From contig DAOOUC010000003.1 of assembly GCA_035390665.1 (NCBI GenBank), positions 60,001-92,000 of the forward strand: a DNA stretch of 32,000 nt, given 5' to 3'. Positions within the stretch are counted from its first letter, which is position 1. Each line of letters opens with the position of its first letter. The notes under the pieces are model-generated. The model did not search any database. It was not told the origin of the DNA and saw nothing but the letters and a program-made list of their open reading frames with translations. Both the position numbers and the translations under genes were made by a program. This DNA is from an archaeon. GTDB taxonomy: Archaea > Iainarchaeota > Iainarchaeia > Iainarchaeales > CSSED10-239. Of this stretch, positions 26,519 through 32,000 are shown in pieces.

Positions 26519-26591
26519 GGTCTATGCCGGGATTCGAACTCGGGCCCAAAGCTCCACAGGCATTGATGCTAACCACTACACTACATAGACC
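26519..26591 (-). tRNA. tRNA-His (GTG) with genome-encoded G-1
   Basis: Acceptor GTCTATG/CATAGAC, with an extra 5' G opposite discriminator C73. Anticodon loop CTGTGGA, T-loop TTCGAAT. There is one mismatch each in the anticodon stem and the T stem. No CCA. Confidence 0.75.
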
Positions 26592-26603
26592 ATTAAAAGA
26601 TTG

Positions 26604-26871
26604 CTATATCTTTGATATCACAACCTTATTTGGAGCTATGCTTACAGAAACATAATCATAGAATCCAATAGATCTTCTTATCTCTGAAGGAATAAGAACC
26701 CTATTCTTTTTATCAGGAGAAACAGATTTAGTGATGATGCCAACAAGAGTTTTGGTTCTCTAGGATGACTAGAGCAGAATTAAGATCATAGCTTACGCTA
26801 TATTTACTTGCTTTAGCAAGTCTTGGAAGAGACACTCTTCCACAATCATCTATTCTACAAATCTTGTTCAT
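26604..26871 (-). pseudogene. tandem SpoVT/AbrB-like DNA-binding protein split by a +1 frameshift (or a 47-aa single-domain gene plus a remnant)
   Basis: The frame from ATG 26871 gives MNKICRIDDCGRVSLPRLAKASKYSVSYDLNSALVILENQNSCWHHH, with a stop at 26728. The +1 frame from 26759 gives TKTLVGIITKSVSPDKKNRVLIPSEIRRSIGFYDYVSVSIAPNKVVISKI, with a stop at 26604. Both halves carry the (G/N)RV-x-(L/I)P AbrB-type motif. The second half has no start codon. Confidence 0.5.
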
Positions 26872-26939
26872 GTTTCATCATTTTTAACAATTATAAATAT
26901 ATTAAGATTAAAAACATTTAAAAACAGTTTCTGGGAAAA

Positions 26940-27533
26940 CTAATAATGCAATTCATCTAACATATGTGTTGCATAAATATTTCCAACTTTAGGAATATTT
27001 TTTCTACTTCCATATTTCTTTAATAAAAGAAAATATCCATACTCATGTCTTAGTTCTTTTAACATATGATGCCAATCTATATATCTTGAATCTTGGGGAT
27101 GTGGGATTTTCTCCATAATAAAGGTTTTTGTATCTATATCATATGTTGCATAATTTCCTGGCTGCTTTGTTTTTTTTTGAACAAATCCTGGTTCTGCAAA
27201 TTCAAATCTTAAACCATATTTTCTTTTTATCCCTTCAGATACATCATCAAATGCTTTTTTACAACTTGCTTGTGTAATTTTTGGATCTTTTAAAACTCTT
27301 GCAATTTCTTTTAATCCAGAGCTATTCTCATAGACTTCTTTAACAACAATTTGTACTTGTTCTGCATGTCTAGAAAATTCTTCTATTCTCTTTCTGTTAA
27401 GTTCAGCATTTCTGTTTTGTTCGTCTATTCTCTTTTGTCTTTCTATTTGTTGCTGTTTTTCTGTTCTTCTAGCTGTTAATTTTTTATTTATGCTTGTTTT
27501 AATTTTTTTAAATATTCCAACCATAATTATCAA
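26940..27533 (-). CDS. hypothetical protein (charged coiled-coil N-terminal half, His/Tyr-rich C-terminal domain)
   Basis: 197-aa ORF with an alternative start at M4. I recognise no family. The C-terminal region is YGLRFEFAEPGF...YIDWHHMLKELRHEYGYF...THMLDELHY. Confidence 0.6.
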   Translation of the reverse strand: MIIMVGIFKKIKTSINKKLTARRTEKQQQIERQKRIDEQNRNAELNRKRIEEFSRHAEQVQIVVKEVYENSSGLKEIARVLKDPKITQASCKKAFDDVSEGIKRKYGLRFEFAEPGFVQKKTKQPGNYATYDIDTKTFIMEKIPHPQDSRYIDWHHMLKELRHEYGYFLLLKKYGSRKNIPKVGNIYATHMLDELHY

Positions 27534-27594
27534 TAATTTAAATAATTATAATTACAAAGAATTTAAAAATAGAATATTATAAAATTAGATTTAT

Positions 27595-27633
27595 AAAAAA
27601 ATATAAGCCCAAGAAAATAATTGTTTTCTTGGG
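27595..27633 (-). terminator. hairpin plus T-run terminator downstream of the HU gene
   Basis: Perfect 10-bp stem CCCAAGAAAA/TTTTCTTGGG (27608-27633) with a 6-nt loop. On the minus strand it is followed by CTTATATTTTTTT (T7 at 27595-27601). It starts 25 nt after the HU stop. Confidence 0.65.
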
Positions 27634-27657
27634 AAAAAACTTATAAGCTTATTAAAC

Positions 27658-27927
27658 TTATAATCTGCCTTTGAATTCTTTACTTACTTTGAATCCAACT
27701 GTCTTACTTGCTTTAATTTGGATCTTCTTTCCTGTTTGAGGATTGATTCCTGCTCTTGCAGCTCTCTTCTTTACAGCAAATGTTCCGAAACCAACTAATT
27801 GTAATTTTCCGTGTTTCTTAACAACTACCTTAATACCTTCAAGTGTAAGGTTTAATGTTTCTTCTATCTTTGATTTTGATAAATCAGATTTTTTTGATAT
27901 TTCTTCTATTAAAGTTTGTTTATTCAT
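27658..27927 (-). CDS. hup: HU/IHF-family (bacterial-type) DNA-binding protein
   Basis: 89-aa ORF: MNKQTLIEEISKKSDLSKSKIEETLNLTLEGIKVVVKKHGKLQLVGFGTFAVKKRAARAGINPQTGKKIQIKASKTVGFKVSKEFK. This is the canonical HU fold sequence, including the RNPQTG-like arm. A G5 SD-like element lies 9 nt upstream. Confidence 0.9.
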   Translation of the reverse strand: MNKQTLIEEISKKSDLSKSKIEETLNLTLEGIKVVVKKHGKLQLVGFGTFAVKKRAARAGINPQTGKKIQIKASKTVGFKVSKEFKGRL

Positions 27928-28097
27928 TTTTATTTACCCCCTTTTATGTAATAAAAGAATATAATTATTTGATACTAACAGTTTTTAAATATATCTCTGT
28001 TTTTGCCTCTAAAACAGCATAATTTCGTGTTTTTCAAAGAAAATTAGTTTTAGAAAATAATTTAAAAAAAATAATTTTTTTTTGTATTTAAAAAAAA

Positions 28098-28316
28098 TTA
28101 CTGTTTTTTTTCTATATACTTCTTTTTATACCCGGCCCATAGTTTAAGTGAATAATACAAAAACACAGCTGTAAAACCAAATATTATCAAAAATATATAC
28201 ATAGAGTTTTGTCTTTGAGAAACTCCACACATTCCTTGACAAGCTACCCAATCCCATAGCACAAAAAATAATATTCCCAAAACAATAATAACTAAAGTTG
28301 TTCTTTTCCAATGCAT
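28098..28316 (-). CDS. small two-TM membrane protein (hypothetical)
   Basis: 72-aa ORF with two hydrophobic helices, positive ends and a CQGMCG motif between the helices. It starts 20 nt after the tRNA-Arg 3' end. Its short length limits confidence. Confidence 0.4.
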   Translation of the reverse strand: MHWKRTTLVIIVLGILFFVLWDWVACQGMCGVSQRQNSMYIFLIIFGFTAVFLYYSLKLWAGYKKKYIEKKQ

Positions 28317-28336
28317 AATTTTTCACAATTTTAAAA

Positions 28337-28410
28337 TGGATCTATTGGGATTCGAACCCAAGTCGCAAGCTCCGCAAGCTTAAATGCTATCCAGGCTACA
28401 CCATAGATCC
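28337..28410 (-). tRNA. tRNA-Arg (GCG)
   Basis: 74-nt cloverleaf. Acceptor GGATCTA/TAGATCC, anticodon stem TAAGC/GCTTG with loop TTGCGGA, T-arm TTGGG-TTCGAAT-CCCAA, discriminator A. No CCA; a T-run follows. Confidence 0.85.
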
Positions 28411-28445
28411 ATATAAATTTATGAATCTAAATGGTTTTAAAATAA

Positions 28446-28793
28446 TTACTTTCCAAATCTTGCTGTACCCCAGATAAATACTGACATAAATCCATAAACC
28501 AAAAAGAAATACAATAAAAACAATGCTGTGCTTATATAAAAATATTTCCAAAGTATAAAATACAAAAATATTCCCACAACTATAAAAGTAATTACATTGT
28601 TACCAAATGCTTCTGCTACCATTCCATATATTACAAAACCAATAACAATCATTATTATGTATTTTGCAATAGGATACATAGAAACAATTAGTGGTATTAA
28701 TAATATTACAAATAATAATACAATTAATATCTTCCAAATTAATGATGCTCCTTTTAAAAAAGGAATAAAGTTTAGGAAACCTTTATTTTTCAT
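28446..28793 (-). CDS. small polytopic membrane protein (hypothetical)
   Basis: 115-aa ORF that is almost entirely hydrophobic, with about 4 helices. Its ATG overlaps the upstream stop as ATGA (28790-28793). Confidence 0.65.
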   Translation of the reverse strand: MKNKGFLNFIPFLKGASLIWKILIVLLFVILLIPLIVSMYPIAKYIIMIVIGFVIYGMVAEAFGNNVITFIVVGIFLYFILWKYFYISTALFLLYFFLVYGFMSVFIWGTARFGK

Positions 28794-29197
28794 CTTTTTC
28801 TACCACCAAATGATTTCATTGCTGCTTGCCTGGCTTTCCATTGTTCTTCTGGACTCATTTCATAAGATTGCTCTTGCTCTTCTCCTCCTTGTCCAAGCAT
28901 CTGCCTAGGATCTGGCGCCCCTTGTCCTTGTCCGCCGTGTGCTTCTCCCATAGTTACAAAGAAGGTATCAACAAGTACAGAACCAATACCAATTGTTATT
29001 AAAACATAAATTACATATGTTGCTCCAATTAATGGCCAATAGAAGAAGATTAAAACAACACAAGCTATTACTATTGCTGTTATAGCAAGCCAATTCTTAG
29101 TAATTCTTTGTTTTACAAAAATAACTAAAAAGACAATAAATGCAATCTTAATTATAAAATTAAAATCTTCAAAAAAACCTAATATAATTGGATCCAT
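28790..29197 (-). CDS. membrane protein with a Gly/Gln/Glu-rich C-terminal tail (hypothetical)
   Basis: I place the start at ATG 29197 (MDPIILGFF...), 1 nt after the giant ORF stop (TAAtATG). The track start at 29236 would overlap the giant ORF by 38 nt. It has about 3 TM helices and then GEAHGGQGQGAPDPRQMLGQGGEEQEQSYEMSPEEQWKARQAAMKSFGGRKR. Confidence 0.65.
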   Translation of the reverse strand: MDPIILGFFEDFNFIIKIAFIVFLVIFVKQRITKNWLAITAIVIACVVLIFFYWPLIGATYVIYVLITIGIGSVLVDTFFVTMGEAHGGQGQGAPDPRQMLGQGGEEQEQSYEMSPEEQWKARQAAMKSFGGRKR

Positions 29198-29198
29198 A

Positions 29199-32000
29199 TT
29201 AATCTTCATCTCCTGTTTCTTGATTTGTTGTTTCATCTGTAATTGGAGTATCTATATTTGAATCAACTTGAGAATTTACAACAATTACATCTTTTTGAGT
29301 TTCTGTAAATCCAACTTTATCGTCAATCCATCTTACAATTACAGAAGTTAATCCGCTTTCCATACATGCAGAAGAATTTGGATTATAAACTAAATTAAAT
29401 ATTTTTGATAATGAATCTTGCTGTATTGTAATACGAGAAATCTGGTTAAATCTTCCTGAATTTTTAGATCCATTTTGATCAATATTAGACAAAGTATAGA
29501 TCTTTGTAAGATCGTGATTACCTAAGTCTTCATCTATAAGTGTAAAATAAATATTACTCATCTTATTTTTTTCAGACATTGGCCAATATAATGTTGTCTT
29601 TAATAATTTTATATTATTATTATTACCGTATGCTTGTCTAAATGTAGATGAATTAACCTGAGATTTAGAATATAATCCTGCACCTGTATTATATGTATTA
29701 TCTCTTAAAATCTTACTAGAATAATTATAATCTTCCCATTTTAGTAAACTTGGAAGTTTAAAATTATAATTATTGCTATTATCTTCCTTTAATCTATAAT
29801 TTAATCCGACAGTATTACTATTAACAACACGTGCAAATATTGGTATTGGAAACGATGGGCTATAATTTAAAGTTAAATATATTTGATTATTCTCCATTGT
29901 ATCTAATCTTATATCTATTAATTTACCTTCAGAATTTAGTGTATTTCTTAATCCTTCTTGGTTTATTGTATCAACATAATCATTATTATTTGCTATAATT
30001 TTTACAATACTATTGTTCCCGTCTGCATTTTTATATAAATAAACACCAGGTAAAACTATTGGTAGATTTGCATCATTAATTATTGTACTACCATATCCAT
30101 CTCTATGACTTTCTTTAGCAACTGTATCTATTCCAAGTTTTCCATCTATAGGGATATAATATAATAAATTTCTCATAGAATAAGGCATTTCTCTTACTAA
30201 TTCTAAATCAATATGTAATGGAGAATTGTAAACTGTTTCAAAATCATTATTTATCTTTATTCTATATTTTCCTGGTTTGTTTGTAGGAACATTAATAGTA
30301 TTTATTTTTTCTGTTTTAGATATTGAAAAATTACCATCTTCAATATTATCTATAGTCATTATTGGATTCTCATCATTAAAATCTGTGAAATTACTCCCAT
30401 CTAAAAATTCATTATATGATATTAAATCTTTTAATAAATCTTCTGAAACACCATCATTCATTAAATAAATATAAGTATTATTTTCTTGTAAATTACTCAA
30501 ATCATTATTTATTAATTTAAATACACTAAATAGCATCTGTAGAGAATCACAGTGAGTTTTATTAGTATCATAATTTTCTTCTATAGTATCAATACATTCT
30601 TCAGTCCAATCAACTTGTGTATCTCCCCAAGTGTACTTTATCTTTGGCTTAATCTCTTCTCCACTTTTACAGGAGTCATATGCTTCTAATTCACATAAAC
30701 CTATAATATCAAAGTTATTGCTTGTTATTGACCCACTACTTCCAAAGCCTAAACATATATTTCCATAAAGTCCTTGTTCTTCAAGTAATTCTTGTATTGT
30801 TTGCTTAATTATTGTAAGATTAAGAGTTAATGGAACATTAATATCAACATTAGATGAATTCAAATTATTTATATTAAAAGAATATTTAAGCATTTTAGGT
30901 TTACTAAAAATAATATATGGAATATTAATTTGACTATTATCTAATCCATCATAATTTCCATTTATATCTAAAGTTATATTCTTATTTGAATTTGAATTAA
31001 TGTTTTGTGGAAGCTGTGTTATTACCGTAAAATTATTATCCAAATCATTAAATTCCACAGAATATAAATTAAAATCATAGGTTTTTGTTTCATTTTTTAA
31101 TATAGTATTAAGAACTTGAGAACAACTATCATAAGAACAACTCATTCCTTGTGCCCATGGCGGAGATAGATTTGGATTTTTCTTAATTGAGTAAATTTCA
31201 GATGGATTATATATCCTTATCTTTATATCAAGTGGCATTATAAAGCCATTATTATTTGCAGTTATTCCAAATAATATTGCTGCGGATTTATAATTTGAAG
31301 TTGCATCTGCATTGCCTTGTAATTGAGATTTTATCTGAAAGTTAGTTGTTTGTCCTGAAGATACATTTACTTGAGTAGGTATAATGTCTATGCTTAATCC
31401 CGAAACGGTGGGATCTATAAAACTTGTAGCTCCGATTGTAATCGGATTTGCTGAATTATTTGTAATTGTATAATTAAAATCAACTATAGGAGACACATTC
31501 TTAATTAATTCAATAAATATTTCGTTATTTTCTATTACTTTTCCTGGTTTTGTTATCCCAATTGTATTTGTATTAAGATTAACATCAAATTCCTTGTTTA
31601 TTTTTATATCTGCATCTAAAGTAAAAATAATTGGTTGATTATCAAATATTCCAATATTTAAGGTATTTATATATGTTCCAACAACAGTTGTTGCATTTTG
31701 AGGAATTAAAACGGTTTTAATTTGTGTTTTAATTAATTTATTACTGTCTGAAATGGTGGTTGGTAAGATATTATTTTCTTGCAAGTAGACATTCATATCT
31801 GTAAATGAGATAAAACCGGATCTTCCTTCTAAAGTTACATTTAACTGAGAATTATATGCACTTGATTTAACCACATAATAATTTTTGTCGTCTGTTGTAT
31901 AATTAGTTACCCCATTAACTGTATATTTGCCTACGTTATAAATTAATGGATGATTAACATCTATAGTTGTGCCTGTTGTATGAACTAACTTATATCCTGA
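29199..32000 (-). CDS. giant Asn/Ile/Thr-rich surface protein, partial (N-terminus beyond the right edge)
   Basis: The track ORF begins at a GTG at 31874. I translated 31875-32000 in the same frame and found no stop, so the gene continues upstream, giving more than 930 codons in the window. It has a beta-rich low-complexity composition, a Cys-containing central block and an acidic C-terminus ending ...ETGDED. Confidence 0.8.
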   Translation of the reverse strand, partial: SGYKLVHTTGTTIDVNHPLIYNVGKYTVNGVTNYTTDDKNYYVVKSSAYNSQLNVTLEGRSGFISFTDMNVYLQENNILPTTISDSNKLIKTQIKTVLIPQNATTVVGTYINTLNIGIFDNQPIIFTLDADIKINKEFDVNLNTNTIGITKPGKVIENNEIFIELIKNVSPIVDFNYTITNNSANPITIGATSFIDPTVSGLSIDIIPTQVNVSSGQTTNFQIKSQLQGNADATSNYKSAAILFGITANNNGFIMPLDIKIRIYNPSEIYSIKKNPNLSPPWAQGMSCSYDSCSQVLNTILKNETKTYDFNLYSVEFNDLDNNFTVITQLPQNINSNSNKNITLDINGNYDGLDNSQINIPYIIFSKPKMLKYSFNINNLNSSNVDINVPLTLNLTIIKQTIQELLEEQGLYGNICLGFGSSGSITSNNFDIIGLCELEAYDSCKSGEEIKPKIKYTWGDTQVDWTEECIDTIEENYDTNKTHCDSLQMLFSVFKLINNDLSNLQENNTYIYLMNDGVSEDLLKDLISYNEFLDGSNFTDFNDENPIMTIDNIEDGNFSISKTEKINTINVPTNKPGKYRIKINNDFETVYNSPLHIDLELVREMPYSMRNLLYYIPIDGKLGIDTVAKESHRDGYGSTIINDANLPIVLPGVYLYKNADGNNSIVKIIANNNDYVDTINQEGLRNTLNSEGKLIDIRLDTMENNQIYLTLNYSPSFPIPIFARVVNSNTVGLNYRLKEDNSNNYNFKLPSLLKWEDYNYSSKILRDNTYNTGAGLYSKSQVNSSTFRQAYGNNNNIKLLKTTLYWPMSEKNKMSNIYFTLIDEDLGNHDLTKIYTLSNIDQNGSKNSGRFNQISRITIQQDSLSKIFNLVYNPNSSACMESGLTSVIVRWIDDKVGFTETQKDVIVVNSQVDSNIDTPITDETTNQETGDED

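Noticed and set aside
24166-26871. The AbrB-like gene and the Fic gene as an antitoxin-toxin (Phd/Doc-like) pair.
   Set aside because: They are about 1.5 kb apart and separated by tRNA-His and hisS. The Fic protein carries its own intramolecular inhibitory motif (class II), so no partner antitoxin is needed. It remains only a possible regulator to test.
28144-28326. A 60-aa ORF overlapping the 72-aa ORF (28098-28316) in another frame.
   Set aside because: It competes with the 72-aa frame, which has a cleaner two-TM, positive-inside layout. This frame would also start only 10 nt from the tRNA-Arg 3' end. Both are short, so only the more plausible one is reported, at low confidence.
1873-30468. 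Short ORFs in the track that lie antisense to longer genes: 1873-2079, 2628-2951, 3135-3362, 4030-4272, 9241-9435, 11140-11364, 11770-11964, 12262-12450, 13273-13539, 14494-14733, 18489-18677, 21622-21804, 22744-22932, 23342-23566, 25299-25526, 25483-25707, 25818-26090, 27743-27964, 28597-28908, 30277-30468.
   Set aside because: Each lies wholly or almost wholly inside a longer opposite-strand gene that has recognisable family motifs. Their products are low-complexity Phe/Leu/Ile/Ser strings, as expected from the antisense of AT-rich coding sequence. None has a motif or a plausible start context.
1-32000. A search for CRISPR arrays, IS elements or transposases, integrases, prophage genes and rRNA genes.
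   Set aside because: I saw no regularly spaced repeats beyond the two-copy repeats already reported, no transposase, integrase or Cas-like ORFs, and no rRNA-like conserved stretches.

Overview
This is a strongly AT-rich, gene-dense window with no rRNA genes, CRISPR arrays, transposases or integrases that I can recognise. All family calls come from motif recognition by eye, since I could not run any searches.

The gene content looks archaeal. It includes an ATP-dependent DNA ligase, an archaeal/eukaryotic-type ProRS, Trm5, a DUF63-like membrane protein and a protein with an archaeal class III (type IV pilin) signal peptide. All five tRNA genes lack an encoded CCA, and tRNA-His carries a genome-encoded G-1. 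Several bacterial-looking genes are mixed in: HU, a short AlaRS, MscS, DedA and ScpAB. My inference is a small-genome, DPANN-like archaeon.

Gene layout:
- An Epd/Tad-like pilus assembly operon lies at 3977-7258. Its ATPase is fused to an N-terminal poly-ferredoxin module.
- A tightly packed minus-strand run at 9954-15008 carries scpA, scpB, a secreted Lon-like S16 protease and a pilin-signal GLUG-repeat adhesin.
- A roughly 15.7 kb unidirectional minus-strand array spans 16339-32000. It contains lig, proS, alaS and hisS, two cognate tRNAs (Pro and His) placed upstream of their synthetases, a secreted tandem-HKD PLD-family protein, a class II Fic protein, HU, and a giant surface protein translationally coupled to two small membrane proteins.

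Three ORFs are absent from or truncated in the ORF track and appear disrupted:
- a J-domain gene with no start codon
- a tandem AbrB-like gene needing a +1 frameshift
- a membrane-anchored protein needing a -1 frameshift

The ferredoxin-ATPase fusion, the pilin-GLUG adhesin with a G7 tract, and the giant-protein module are the most likely places for undescribed biology.
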